Assembly (NCBI GenBank): GCA_965235115.1
Contig: OZ249445.1
Location: 6,882,001-6,946,000, forward strand
Origin: Laetmonice hystrix
Lineage: Eukaryota
Reading direction: 5' to 3'
Length of the DNA: 64,000 nt
Shown here: positions 23,900 to 37,879 of the stretch, one piece after another
How the letters are laid out: each line of letters opens with the position of its first letter
How positions within the stretch are numbered: position 1 is the stretch's first letter
Made by a program: the position numbers and the translations under genes
The notes under the pieces: model-generated
Database searches by the model: none
What the model was told of the DNA's origin: nothing
The model's input: the letters and a program-made list of their open reading frames with translations, nothing else

Positions 23900-26800
23900 G
23901 GGGTGAGTACCCCTCTACTAGCTTACCCTTTCACCTCACCCCAGCTCATATCGACGACTATCACTTCACAACTGAACACCGCCAAGTTCCCCGAACTAAA
24001 AATAGCCGCTGCTCCCTCGCCCCATTAGTGTTCGTCATTGACTGTTCCCATACGGTCCCTGCCAGTACAGGTTTGGGGAACCAAATAATCGTTTCTTCAA
24101 TTGGTCCTCCTTTAATTCGCTCATATTCTCTCGCGATTTTACTGCACTAGGTTTGTGTCCAAGATATAACAGCAGTGTAGCGTACACAGAGCGAGTACCT
24201 CCTAAGGCCCCTGTTTCTGCGAACTGTAGTACCAAATCAAGGCTTCATGATCACCACTCAACCCTGTACCTTTGTGACAGATTTAGGGGCTTCCTAGGCT
24301 CGAGACAACTAAATGTTGACGTAACCTTATTACAGAATGAAAGCTCAGTCTTACTCCTACAGATTCTCGCCCTTCTCCACATTTATTTGTCTCAACGTAG
24401 GTGCACATTAATAATCATTACAACGGCATTTCTGTCCGCTTTACAATACACGGCTTTGTTGAGAAAAGGTTTAAATACTTCAACCATTCCCAGACGTATT
24501 CCAATTGCAGTTTTTTCCTTGGGGTCAGTCTGCCCAGACTGATAGACCAATACTGATAGAACTATATCGCAGTATTAATTGCGCAATGGTGCCCGTGGGT
24601 TGACCTTACGGTGAGATTGTGGCGACTGTTGGGGGGATTGGGAAGGGCTGGGGCTGGGGGCGGGGGGGGGGGGGGGGGCAGGAGGCGGACGGCCGCCTGG
24701 TCTGCCCACCACGTGGCTGTTGTATTGTTAGCTGTAAGATGCCATCGCTCGCCCCAGCCAGACGCAACCTTTCCCTCCACCTATTTTCTCCATCTCCTGC
24801 TAGTCCCAGTGAGCATCGGTGGAAAGGTTTTTGTATACGCGAATACATTACAATCGTCTGGTGGTGTGGAACTGATACCCCAACAGTTGTCTACCCACGC
24901 CTGACTGATCACACAGAGTTAGGATCTATCTGCCTGCAGAACAAGTCCGTCACGACGTGGGCACGCACGCATGCTCACTGACACCCAAAACTCTTCCACT
25001 ACCTACTCACTGGAGACTCTGTGATAAGTCAGCGTGGAGCTGCCACGGCCTCAACTAATGTATCTCCCGCCATGCTCCACCCTGGAGATGTGATACCACC
25101 TCACGCTGGAATACCACTTGGCAGATCCTGCTCCAGTAGGCACGAGTACTACACACCCCACAGCCAGGTACAAGTCCACACTTAGCGGGCAACGTGGCTC
25201 GCTGGCTGAAAAACACCCCTGAGGAGGGAGGCAAGGAAGGAAGGAAGCCATTGGATTTATATCGCCGGCTTATCTCCTTGGCGTATCACTACTCGTTCAC
25301 GATTATCACCACAATACCACTTTGTATTCCACTTTGTGCCTGATGGACCCACAGCTTTCTGTTGCTGGTCCTACTCGGCCTCGTACCACTGTGTCATCAC
25401 AAGCACCATCCCATTTCTAGGAGTTCTAGGAGTGATCGTCATTTATGTCGGGATCCTCGTCGGACTAAAACAGGTAACTAGCGATATGCGTGAAGTAAGA
25501 GCGTACATGTGCTGCCCCGCTGTGTATTTCGGCAGTCTACATGGGTAAATAATGGTCACATGCACGTGTGGGTGTGCGTGCGGGGTGTGTGTGTGTGTGT
25601 GAGGGGGTGGAATGACGATCCAGTGACGGTTGCAATGACTGGAGCTGTCTATTCCAAGTTGATTCGGTCGGTCGGTCGGAGGGCCCCATGCCGGCGTACG
25701 TCGGCCTTGATCAGGTGTCACTTTGATGCGTGCCGTATGGCTGGCGTTCCAAGGCCGGAGACGGCAGCAGGTAATATTCGGCCCGTCAGTTTCCACCACA
25801 CCCCTGACTCGCTCAAGGTATTCCAAAGGTATTCCTCACAGGTTGTCTGTAAAAAACTGGCCGACATCTCCACTCATAATGATTTTTACATTAAAGTGTT
25901 GTTGAAGATCTTGTAAATCAATTAAACTTTCAATTCTGAATGCAAACTGACTCAGATTGCCACCATGGGTCCAATAACTGCCAATTACTTTAGCATTAGG
26001 TCCAAGCTCTTACTCAGTAATACAGTTTGATGCGTCCATCATAAAGAATTAGCTGTAAATGTACCAACAATCCGAGGATAAAGCTTGACATTGCCAGTCC
26101 ACACTGACGGACGGCCCTCACTGGATCAGGAGACAACAGCTGCAACACTCCAAATCTGTGTCACTATGACGTCTCCAGCGACAGACAGCGTCTCGAAAAG
26201 CTTGTCTTAAAGATGGTCACCTTCCTGACTTAGGAACAATGAGCCCTGACAAGAACAACTGAACAAATGGCTCTGGTTGTCAGGTCGCCTTCCCTCAATA
26301 GTTTAATGTTCCTTTCCTATGACAGTCAATCATTTCAATGGAAACAGTCAATCCAACTGAGATTCCTATTATTCTGACGTTTCTTAACCTCATAGATTTT
26401 TTAACCTGATGAAAGGTCATAACTATAGTGACCACCTTCAAAAAGGTCAATGTATAAGAACCTGAGGGCGAAAAAGTAGGTCATCTATGCATCATACCTA
26501 CATAAGGAATGTAGGTATGATGCAAAACTGGCATAGATAGTAGAAATAGACACCGACATGAAGATGTCTACTTCTCAACAGACTTGGACTCAATGATGGT
26601 AGTCATAAACTTCGAAAACTGACAGCTACACCACCAATACAAGATATCTGGCATTTCGAATGCAGCAGGCTGGATGCTCGTCAGAGCGCCCAGTACGGCT
26701 CCAGTTCTAGACTCAGTTCGGGGGTCCCTGGGGAGGTTGGGGGGGGGGGGGGGAGGGCCCCTCAGGCCTTCATACCTCGCTCCTGACAGGCAGGTAGGTG

Positions 26801-28600
26801 AGGGGTAGAAGAACTGCGGCTTACATTGGTATAATGTACGTGTGTGCGGTGGTTTGTAGCCGGGATATGCGGCCGCTCACCTTGATAAGGCCCAGGTCGA
26901 CCTGACGGCGAGTGGTGGCCCAGTACTTTGGGATTGGTGTATTTTCACATACACAGACCTACCAGCCGTCGGGACTCCAAGGAGAAAGTTCTCTCTTCTC
27001 ATCTCGTTTTTTATTAGCTCTCTCAAAAGATGCCTTCTTTTTTCCTCGGGTAATGATGTACTGAGACTTGTGATTTACGCATCTTCTGACATACATGTTG
27101 GAGGGCGCGAGGCGAACTAATTAATCTATATGCATGCATGCATGCATACGCGCGCCCAAGGTCATATGAATTATGTTAAATAATGTTATCTTTGATCTAT
27201 TAACTGTGGTTAAAAATTAAGGAATATTTTTTTATGTAACTGTAATGAATTGTGTTATTCCTGCTTTTGCTCCGACATTTTTTTTTCTAAAAACGTGAAC
27301 TGCTGTTTTTGGGCCATGGTTTTAGCCGGGCACCGCTTGCCTGTCAACGGAAGAAGTAGAAATCCCCGTGCCTACTTTATTCTCCCCTTGTCGGTGGAAC
27401 TCTGCCTGGACAAGGTTCACGCCAATCCATCAATTCTCAAACTTGACACAGCTGTATTGGCTTCTCCTAGCCTCAGGGCCTTCCATACATACCTAGCCAT
27501 CAATCTCCACGCCAGAAAACTCAAACTCCCAACTCTTTTTTATGTGGCAACCATGGTATTGATCCACATCTTTGTGAGAGAAAAAAATACCAGTGAAATC
27601 AGCAGCGGGAGAGGAGATTCCCCTCTAACCCTTGGGATGAAAAAGAACATTAAGAAATGATTCTAGCTCTTATGTTGCGGTTCATATGCCGACTTAGAAA
27701 GGTTGTACGAGGCGGACTGTATAAGCCACCATTATACCACACCATCCTGTCAGTCTGGTGGGTGCCGTCTCAAGCCACTGACCTCACTTGATATTTAGGG
27801 GGTCCCCCCCCCCCCCCCAAGTCTCTCCACAAAGTTGACCCTGGGAGCCCCGCCGGTGCTGGTGGTGGTGGTGGTCCACCTAAGTGGTGGTTCTGGTGGC
27901 AGTGGTTCCCCAGAAGCTGGTTCAATGGTTGTTAGCTGAGATTTATCCAGTCAGCCTGCCATCAGCACAAGGCCCAGGTCTGGGCTGTGGAGGGGCTGGG
28001 TGGAGGCGCTGACTGAGTCTGCACACGGGCTCTGTCTCTGTGTCCGCTGACAGTGGCATTTACTGAGGCCCTGTCCCGACTCTGTACAGTGTAACGTCAG
28101 GTAAAGCTACCCCTGCATGACTTGCCAACAACAGCACTGAGGAGTCTGCCAGCTGGGAGTCTCCATTCTGACCTACACTCACACTAATACCCCGCCTCCT
28201 AAACAACCTCCAGCGCAGAGAAACCACCGTTTTTGTCACCATTCCCAAGGAAGGGTATCCAGCCCGTAGATAATATTATCTATCATGTTCTACCAGGAAA
28301 TGTATTGAGCTCCGTGCTGTGTGAGACCTATCATTATATCAAACTCCTTCATTTAGATAATGGAAGGCTGCAATACTTCCCGGCCGTAAAATAACCTTAC
28401 TGAAGTAGCAACAATACATATCCCTTGAATCAATTTGCTTTATCTCTAATTAGTTTTCACGCACCTATGATTTATTTCACGCGTTTGCTGCCTTTGCATA
28501 CTTTGATGTGTGTCTTTCCTTCCTGGAAAAAAATAGGATAGTAAAAATAAGATGAGGTTGGGAGAAGGTTTGGGGCGCCTACTGAGTGGGTTAATCTGTG
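23900..28600 (-). mobile_element. Decayed Ty3/gypsy LTR retrotransposon internal region (gag/PR-RT-RNaseH-integrase)
   Basis: Correct order on the minus strand: SVVLVR and GLAM..F.LGL (RT, 26000-26300), LGIDSSS and IYPCRL..AGQHMY (RNase H, 25480-25680), VLVP, NNTTAT..A, GMVEVF, KSRENM and GSPNLYWQGPY (integrase GPY/F, 24049-24079). The gag/PR part is weaker. Confidence 0.6.
26488..26524. repeat. Perfect inverted repeat, 16-bp arms, 5-nt loop
   Basis: tgcatcatacctacat-aagga-atgtaggtatgatgca. Confidence 0.9.
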
Positions 28601-28880
28601 GTCCCAGGTGTCTTTACGGTGCTCATGCTGTGAGTCTCTCACCGACTGAGGTCTGATGCGCCAGGATACAGCTGGGATACTGCTATCTGTACGGACGCTG
28701 ACATCAACACAGAAACCCTCTTTAGATCTTTACACTGATTAAGCTGCCACCTACCGAAAATAACCGGCGAAAATGTTTATTTTCATTTGGCGCGATCCGA
28801 GGGTTGGGATGTATTGAGAGTAATGGCACTGACATTGTGCATGATGTCGGACAATCAGGGACGAATATCATTCCACCCGG

Positions 28881-28920
28881 CCCCGGTCGGCCCCGGTCGG
28901 CCCCGGTCGGCCCCGGTCGG
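28881..28920. repeat. (ccccggtcgg)4 CpG-rich micro-array
   Basis: Four perfect 10-bp copies. Confidence 0.95.
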
Positions 28921-30539
28921 AGCAGTTGTTACAGAGCGACAGTAAGTGCAGTGTGTGTCACAGTAGTGGCTGGGAATGAACGCGGGCTCAAACAAAACCA
29001 CGGCCCTACACTAAAACATTGCAATGGGAAGAAGTTGGCCGTGGTCAATCAAACAGATAATTCTTACCCGCTTACATTTGATATCTAATAGAATACATGA
29101 TGGCCCAAACACTCGACTCTAGGCCGATACTAATTGTAGGTAATCAAAGGGTGTAATGACGTTCAACCTTAACCCACCCTCGTGTAGATTATCCTCAGGG
29201 GATTAACCCACAATCGCCCACATAACGATTAGATACACGAGTTCCTTTTGTTACATAACTCAGGATTAAGGAAACCCTTTAATCTATTGCAATCAATCGA
29301 AACGTCTGCCTTTCTGATCCGGGACGGAGCTGATCTGCATTTAAATCTAACTTTCTGCTGATCAGATTAAGACTAATCTGTTAAATTCTGGTGTCAAATT
29401 ATCGGAAAATTTGAGCCGAATTAACACGAACGTTGATCCGAGTTCCTTGCTCACTTGAGCTGTTCAATCTGTAACGACGTAAGGTTCTCTGATCCGCCTC
29501 AGTTAATGCCCCAGTTTAGGCGGTGCAGCAAGGCGACCAGTCATTTTCTAATGAACCTCACTCAGTGTAGATGGGAGAATAGCTTAAGACGCAATGAATG
29601 GAGGAAGGTGTTAGTGGTTAGGGCTCCTGATCCGCTCAATGGTTCCACTCAACAGCCATGGCGGCTGGTAAAACAGGCCTTGTCATTAAATTAATGTAAA
29701 TGTGTCACGAAGATGGACCGTTATAATTGATTGTGGCCACTCACATGAGTATGTTTTCTTTTTCATCTTTAAACATATCGTGCCTGGAACGTTCTGACTC
29801 AATTACAATGGAAGGAAAGTAATTTTATGCTAAGGTTATTACAGCAACAAATGCGCGGTTGGCGGGTCAGTGGTTATTATCGTAGTACCGGCTCCCCCCA
29901 CCACACAGACCCACCCTGGACGCCGACTGTCACCATGGTGATCTCACTAATTAACCACACACAATGTATCCACATTGTAATTGTTTAAATCAATCAATAA
30001 CAAGCAACAAGATTGATTAATAACGAAGCTGACAAACACGTGTCCTCATTCCGCCTATTGCCTTTTGAGGACAAAATCTATATCCGCTGATAATACAACA
30101 TAGGAACTTGTACTCGGTAGGGATCCACAATCAGTGACAAGGATCTACAACTGTAGCAAAGTCTGACCTGATCTGACCTAATTAATCACACTCCATACCC
30201 AAACCTGCTGTGGTGACAACCGATGGAGCCTGAGTTTAAGGAGACTATTTAAACAGTTCTGGTTCCACACAGGTATAGACAGTACCAATCACACAAACTT
30301 CCGTACCACTCCAATCATGATTATCTTTATGGTCCAAAGTTACAATATACAGAAATTACTCCGAACAGACAGAAAATATATATATTCAAACAAAACAGTT
30401 TCTCAGGTAGTCGTCAGGAATGTGGCAAGGCTGTGAGAATCGATCATTGGGTTGTGTGTGACAGCGTAAGAGGGACGTGCCAGCCGTGAAACATTGCCGA
30501 GACCACCGCCACACGACTAGACGAACAGGCAAACGTCAC

Positions 30540-31450
30540 GCCTCCAAAAACTTCGCTTTCAATGCTTTTCAAGGGGTCCATCCAGCCAAATGTGCTTTCA
30601 TTATAGCACACGCTACTAATGGCCAGTTTGGTAGCAGTCAAGCAAGCAGCCGGCACCAACACAAAAGGCCTGAAATGGAAGCGTATGAATCGCACTATGC
30701 AGGAAATCTCAGTACTCGGAAATTGCATTCAGATCCTCTGGAAGCACAACTCAATGCAGATTTCGCCAATTAGGCCGGCAAAAAGTACTTCTAATTCCAA
30801 TTGTGTTCGGCCCTGTGATTGAACGTGCTCAATGCTGAATAATAACTGCGATCTGTGACAATAGGGTGCGCTGTCACGGCGGTCTGAGGCCTGATCAAGG
30901 AACGTGTTCAAGTGTAGCGAGTAATATGTTCCTTCCGCGGCGACTCCACCGTCCGCTCGGCTGGCTGGCACTGGGGGAACTTTGGCTGCGGCCTTCCTAC
31001 TGATGAAACGGCCGCTTCCTTGTAGCTTAATTACGGCCCTGAGATTGGCTGAGTACAAGACAATCATATAAACTGTTCACGGGAACAGTATGTGCCGTCA
31101 TGTACGCTCAGCACATCCATGTCGTGGGAATCTAATTCATTTATCTACTTTCTTGCTTTTCTTTCTGCAGAGTCAGCACTAATTGCACTCATTACGCATA
31201 CAGTTAATACTCTGGGTGCTCACTATCCTCTACTCGGATTCCACACATTTTTTCGCTGACAATAGTTTTATATGTTCCTGATCAGGTTTATTTGAATGTA
31301 CATGTGCATACATAACTTGGCTGACAACTGGATCGACCAAACAATCCCAATTGATTAATTCTACTTTTACTCTTCTACTCCGTGCAATCTTCTCCCTGAT
31401 AACGTTCTTTATCATTGCCAACTTGTCCGAGGCAATTAAACTGAACTCGT
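30540..31450 (-). mobile_element. Decayed ISL2EU/Harbinger-superfamily (DDE_Tnp_4) transposase
   Basis: Minus strand HDGTY (cf. IDxTE), LSYK, WSRRGR, TFLDQ, IVTDRSY at 30843-30865 (cf. MADRGF) and terminal PNWPLV, in the expected order. Confidence 0.55.
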
Positions 31451-31800
31451 TAATGATGCCCCCGCACCTACCAGGAGGGTGGGCCCGGCCTGGTAGACAG
31501 ACAGACCCAATACTAGGGTCTGGTAGGAGATAAGGCGGCCGGTGCTGGCGGTGTACGATTCCTGTTAAGATCTTGTTAAGAGTTGCACTGTGGCAGATCA
31601 CAGGGTCAACTGATTGAGACAATACTTGCTAGGAGAGACAGATCAGCTCAAACATATCATCCCTGTGCCATCAAGTACTTCTCTCTTCAACCAACAACCA
31701 CGGAAATATCTCTCTTGCCCCTCAATGTCTAGGGTTACCGTCGTACCTCCCAAAGAGCGAAGGACTTTCCGAGATATAAAACGACAAATATCTCGCAGTC

Positions 31801-32247
31801 TTGGATTGAACAACAGTCTGTAATAGAACATACAGATACTACTTGGATTGAACAACAGTCTGTAATAGAACATACAGATACTACTTGGATTGAACAACAG
31901 TCTGTAATAGAACATACAAATACTACTTGGATTGAACAACAGTCTGTAATAGAACATACAGGTGCTACTTGGATTGAACAACAGTCTGCAATAGAACATA
32001 CAGATACTACTTGGATTGAACAAGTCTGCAATAGAACATAGAGATACCACCTGGATTGAACAACAGTCTGCAATAGAACATACAGATACTACTTGGATTG
32101 AACAACAGTCTGCAATAGAACATACAGATACTACTTGGATTGAACAACAGTCTGCAATAGAACATACAGATACCACCTGGATTGAACAACAGTCTGCAAT
32201 AGAACATAGAGATACCACCTGGATTGAACAACAGTCTGCAATAGAAC
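31801..32247. repeat. Minisatellite, 42-bp unit (ttggattgaacaacagtctgyaatagaacatacagatactac), about 11 copies, one with a 3-bp deletion
   Basis: Units start at 31801, 31843, 31885, 31927, 31969, 32011, 32050 ... 32218. Confidence 0.97.
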
Positions 32248-32449
32248 TTTCTACTAACACCAACACATAACTAAAGGCGGATATAATGGAGTTAAATAAT
32301 CAAACCTGGGGGTATTCAATTGTTCCAATCGCTGATTTTAGAGTTTATATTCTGGTGCCTCATGAACGGACAACAGGTCAAAAACTGACGCCTCATGGAG
32401 GCCATGTCAGAGCCTGGGGCCTCACGGAGACTATTGCTAAGCCTGACGC

Positions 32450-33050
32450 CTCGTGGAAGCCACATGGCAGGGGGGTGACGCCTCTTGGACGCCACATGTC
32501 ACAGCCCGACATTGCGAGTCAGACTGAACACTTTCATCCTACCTGACACCCGTTTATCATAACGATTCCTTGCCATATTTACCGAGTAAGAGATCCAAAG
32601 GAACTATTCCTTCAAGGTCTCCTGTACCCCCTGAGAAACTTGTAAATGTAATTTTGACATCTGTGCCAAAGGGAAGGGTATAATCAAAGGTGATTCCAAG
32701 AGCCGTATTCCTATCTTGCGTGACGTAAACATTTGCATAGGGGGAAAAGAGAGACTCCCGCCACTGAGACTGTCAGAATATCAATGTATTGTTCTAAGTG
32801 TACCCTTGAGGTGCCACGGGCCCAGTGCTACTCATCACAAGTACGGGAATGCCTCCGTCACCACTCCGACTATTTCCCCGGAGGACTGAGGGGCGGGTGG
32901 GGGCATCCCTCCCCGGGTTAGGGGTGGCGACCCAGGCATTTATATGGCCTACCTGTAGGGCGGCAGTATACAGAGGGCGGCGTGTGGCTGGCAGGCCGCC
33001 GGATGAAAACCTTGCCACCTTGTATGAAGGGGTCGTACGGAGGTCCCGCA
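32450..33050 (-). mobile_element. DIRS/Ngaro RT relic
   Basis: Minus strand LGITFDYTLPFGT..ITFTSFS (32640-32700, cf. DxCLPFG). Confidence 0.4.
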
Positions 33051-33399
33051 GGTCGGCCTCACAACCGGTCCGGGCCAGGGAGGTAGGACCCTTTGTGAAC
33101 GCTCACTTCTATATATTCGGCTTAACGTTCAATGAGAGAGTTAGCACTGAGATCAATCTTGTCTACCTCCGAGCTACACAGCAGTAACAGGAGACACATT
33201 TTAACATATTTTCACTGTTAACATTAGCAGTGGCAATGACCTGACTCCCCCATGACATTTTCTTACAGCGCCTGTAACTCCCTATTCACCGTATTTCACT
33301 ATATGCACACTTAATTCTGCCTGATTACGATGACCATTCTGAAAGATGATGCGGTTTTAATGAATGTATGCAACAGTTTGGTTTACTCATCTTTACCAT

Positions 33400-34000
33400 C
33401 TTTCATTCTATGGTCTTTTATCTTTGGTGTTCTCATAATGCAAACACCGCACCAATAGTGGCCAAGTTTTTTTCTCTCTCTCTCTCTGTATCCTCGTGTT
33501 GCAGAGATGAGCCAGACGCTTCAGGCTTTCAGTTGAAGAAGTTAAACCTGATTTTGAAAGTTAGTGCAATCCAACCGGAAGCCCATACAAGAGACATGAG
33601 GTGTTTGCAAACATTGTATCATCCTCCAACCTTTTACTTCCCCCCAGCGATCTGTTAACCGACAGCAGCGGTCAGTGATCAATCACCATCAGGGCGGGTC
33701 GTCACGTCACTGATGTGAACCTCATCCACACCCCACCCCCCTCCCCAAAACTTTGCACCAATCGGGTCCGGGTTTCTGGGTTGACGACCGAGCAGCCTGA
33801 CAGGTGGCGCCACAGGTACACTCTACCCATCATGCACCTCACTGCTGCCCCTTCCTCTCTGACCTTTAACGGTTGATTCAGGCGAGTAAAATTCTGAAGT
33901 CTTAACACCCCTGTCAACAGCACTCGCCGGCAGCAACTTCCAAATTTCCGCCTCACGGCCCTTCGAGGTGCATTCAAGTTTGATAGCCGCCCTGCAGCCT
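33400..34000 (-). mobile_element. Possible LINE AP-endonuclease relic
   Basis: Minus strand NLNA, GEGGGVW, QCLQTP..LDCTN. Confidence 0.28.
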
Positions 34001-35149
34001 CACTGATTGTTTTCTTATGGTGGTGACCAACTATGTTTCCAATGAAAAACACAAAAATAAAAGTATGATTGTGCTTCTATGAAGGAGAAATCTACAGGAA
34101 GGTTGGCTGCCTACTTTGTGCCCCCGATGTATTGGAGCATGTAAAGGTTTCGGTTTGACCTTCATACCGGGTTCTCTGTGACCTGAACCCCAACCTCTGA
34201 AGCCCTCAGGTCAGGCATACTTACAGGGACTGGCGGTGCCCTGCAGACAGCAGGCAGGTCGGAGCAGATTGGCAGCTTGTCTCGATCACCATACCATCAG
34301 CTCCTGATCACTTCAGACCGGACCGTACCCGACCAGCCATCGAGAGAATTTGACAGAAAACTCTGGGTTCTTTCAGGAACCTGGCGTGATGGGGTAGAAT
34401 CACCCTCATCCCGTTCCTAGAAGGCAGTTTAGTCTTCCACTTTTTAAAACCACTTTTTTCTTACAAAAGAGTGATTTAAAAACTTACCACTGGAATGCTA
34501 CCGTCTGCACTAAATGGTTAAATTTTAACACTAAAGAGTCACGCCCCATAAAGTCTTTAATCCAAGCCGAGCCAAGCTGACCTAAGATCCAGGACTTCCT
34601 TCGGCGTCAACATTAACGGCTTCTGATTGGTCAAACGCAACAAGCATGGCGTCCATGAATTACGTGATCAGAAAGGTTGCTTTCAGCATCTCGCCATCTC
34701 AGGGTTGTAAATGTCACCCTGTCATCCATCTCTTGGTCCCGTACTCAAAGGTTCGGGTGAGGGTGTGGGCTGGCGCTGAGGGGTTGTATGGGGGTGAGGG
34801 CAGAAATCTCAAAACACTACAGCTCATGGTCTAGCTACAGGTCACTGACCTCCATGTACAGACAACCCACAGATATCATTCTGATACTGAAACCATGATA
34901 CCATTACGTTATTTCTAAAGTTTTATATAATGATGATAATACCAAAATATTGGCCCAATTATAACGGTTAGCTTTCCCCCCAGAATTAACGAACGGCTCC
35001 AAAGGCATGGTTGCTCAACTTTCAAGAAACGTTGTTATTAAGGACTCGAGATTTTTCTGACCGGAAAGCCTACCTGTCGTTAGAGTCTTCTTGCAGTCTT
35101 TACGGAGGGTCGGGTGAGGTGGGGTGGGGGTGGGGGGCGGGGTGGGAGG

Positions 35150-35500
35150 GGGGTTGGGAACGAAATGATCGATGGCACTTTATGATGTTGGATAGAAATA
35201 CTGGTGACGTGCCGGGAGTGTGCGGATTAGGGGATGTGTGGTAATGTTGTGATTGGAGTGATACGTGCCTGATGACAAGATGTCTCGGCCGCATCTCGTC
35301 CTGTCATCTGATAATACCTGACGGATTACAGGCCTCCCACCTATCTGGGCCAGGTGGCGTCTCACAAACAGCACACAAAACACATCCAACCCTATGGCAT
35401 CTCATCTCGTAACGCTAATTTACTATTAGTATATTTTAACAAGACAAAAAGGACACCTCCGTGAAGACACGAGAAAGCCAAGAACACTATGACACAGCTC
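35150..35500 (-). mobile_element. Possible retroviral-type integrase core relic
   Basis: Minus ORF 35180-35389: GGRPVIRQVLSDDRT..HNITTHP (cf. GxPxxIxSDxG..HxTTxxHP). Confidence 0.35.
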
Positions 35501-35799
35501 GTTATTACTGAGACATTAACTGGTCTGACTAAAACGTTTCAAGTCATTGTAACCTTATAAATCAGAAAGGATAGGTTGTTACAAACCACTTTAATCAGTG
35601 CTGCAAAACAGAGACATCTAAATATTTGATCTTCTCTTCACAATCGCGTTTCTGGCGCCAAAGTTGGCACTTTGAGTCAATAAGATAATAATGATGATAT
35701 AATATGTAAACTCGGGTGGCTCTGAGACTTGTACTGGCAGGCCAGGCAGGGACATGCTTGGCCTTGTGCAGATTCTCAAACATATTCACCGTAAGAGGA

Positions 35800-36450
35800 C
35801 AAAGTGTGTCATACAGGACACTGTTTATCAATATAATTAACCAATTGCATACCAGTAAATACCACACTAATTTGATCATCAGTCAAATAGATCCTTTTAC
35901 TAACGGGCACCTCTATTTGTATTATGCTGTCGAAGCCGCCAACATTGTGTGTTCAACGTTTCTGAACCACACCTCACAGTAAGTGTTCACCTCTCCAGGA
36001 GGGTGTCATATCTCCTCATTTGAAGCCATGATATCACCACAGTGTTTGTGTATATTGTATGCAGTATTACCTTAAGTCCAGTTTTATCAAAGCCACACAG
36101 AGCGGTGAAGAAGTTCTCCCTCTGCACGTATTCCATTAATCCAGCTAAGGACTCGTGTAGCGGCGGGAAGACACTCTCTCATTAGCAACGTCATATTTCA
36201 TACAAAACACTCTTACAAATTACTTTGATGAAAGTCCCATCTATTGGCATTCCTTTCAGCCAATAACGTGTTCAGAATGAGCCCTCAAACACTGCGAGCT
36301 CAAACCTCTTCAGTCCGAGCCGTATGTGGCGGCAAACGTTAGCAGCTTGTAGCTAGAAGACAAGTACGATTTTACATAGGCAAGTCCTGGGAAACATCCG
36401 TGGATTTATTATTGTACGAAACCATTTTAAAAGCCTGAAATATCGCAATG
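35800..36450 (-). mobile_element. Second ISL2EU/Harbinger-type transposase relic
   Basis: Minus strand IDGT, GIRAEGELLHRSVW (cf. GITPxGxxxFxSxxW), GDIMAS (cf. GDxxMAD), EVPVS..DDQI..LVNY. Confidence 0.42.
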
Positions 36451-36849
36451 TTTCCTACTCTCAGGATAGGCCAGGGTTTGGGCAGCTACACTTCTGATTG
36501 CTTTATTAAAAAAGCTGACACATTATGATAGCAATGAAGGGCTGCCTCGTCCAAGTTGGGCGGTTCCGATCCCCGACAACTATGGGACGGTTCATCGTTC
36601 TCCACGCCCTCTACCGGCCAATTCCACAACCATATCCCCAGGCTCTACAATCCAACCCTCCCTTCCCACAAAATAGTCTCTGAATAATTCTCACCCATTT
36701 ATTACCACTGCAAGCGACTTGGGCAAATAAGACTTGCTCACGACTGCAATTCCTGCTTAGGCATTTATTGGAAGCTACAAGAGGAGCTGGCGTTTTTAGT
36801 TTTCTTTTAGCACTTAGAGTGGTTTATGCTCTAGGGACTGAGGGTAGAA

Positions 36850-37400
36850 AATTACTTTCCCTGTTGAATTTCTGACAGAAACTAATCAATTAGCTACCGT
36901 TGCCATCCTGTTTGAACCTTGAGGACGAGGGAGAACCACTCCTCGTACGTTATAGCCTAATCAATCATATTTTCACGGCAAACTTTCTGACGGACAGCCA
37001 CACCTATGTTGCAGGCCTTCATGCCTCATTCTCCGCTGTCATGCATCTTTCATGGTACCTCGTTAACGCCTCGACAGACATGTCAATCCCTGATTCTTCC
37101 TACGTAAGCACAGACTTACACTCGAGCATTTGAATAGTTTCTGAGACCTCCAGATATTTCATGTTTGCAGCGATACCAACTACAAGAGTATTGTTGACAA
37201 CTAGGCATTTCAATCAGTGTGTGTGGCCCAATCTGAGATGGTGTCACGGGGTCATTGGGACGCCAATTTCACGTTTAGTTGCTTCCGGTAAGATCTGAGA
37301 CAAAACGTAGCACGTCCACATCATCAGATTATCAACCATGCTTCGGTGGAACTATACTGACGGTGTTGATAAGACCTCCCCCCAAACTAAATCAATAACA
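36850..37400 (-). mobile_element. Possible piggyBac transposase relic
   Basis: Minus strand LVVNNTLVVGIAANMK (cf. LLxxNxTLVGTxRxNK) and CNIGVAVRQ (cf. YNxxxGGVDxxDQ). Confidence 0.28.
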
Positions 37401-37578
37401 AAGGATTTATTTTTCCAATCCATTTGTTCACTCAGCCAATCTCCCATGTCTCCACAGTTCTTGCTTGTTTTTGTGATCTCATAAATAACAATGAGCTCCG
37501 TGTAGGTCCACTCTCACGTCCCAATACTCCACATGTATATCATTGTTTGAAACCGTCCGGCCAATCTTACCTATCTCA

Positions 37579-37755
37579 TCAACGGTTCTGTCAGAAACCC
37601 TCAACGGTTCTGTCAGCAACCCTCAACGGTTCTGTCAGAAACTCTCAACGGTTCTGTCAGCAACCCTCAACGGTTCTGTCAGAAACCCTCAACGGTTCTG
37701 TCAGAAACTCTCAACGGTTCTGTCAGCAACCCTCAACGGTTCTGTCAGCAACCCC
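37579..37755. repeat. Minisatellite, 22-bp unit (tcaacggttctgtcagmaacyc), 8 copies
   Basis: Units start at 37579, 37601 and so on. Confidence 0.97.
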
Positions 37756-37879
37756 ACGGCCTCATATCACAGCTTACATTTTAACAATTCACTCTCTACC
37801 ATTTTCTTTTTGACAACATGAATTTTTAACACAATACTCTGATAATTCCAAACAGATGATGGTGGAGGATGAGTAATTT

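Noticed and set aside
31643-32270. Repetitive 14-aa ORFs (e.g. SIADCCSIQVVSVC)
   Set aside because: Translation of the 42-bp array; no flanking protein context.
34600-34834. Reverse CCAAT plus aagcATGGCG and ORF MASMNYVIRK as a possible first exon
   Set aside because: No recognisable product and no downstream exons identified.
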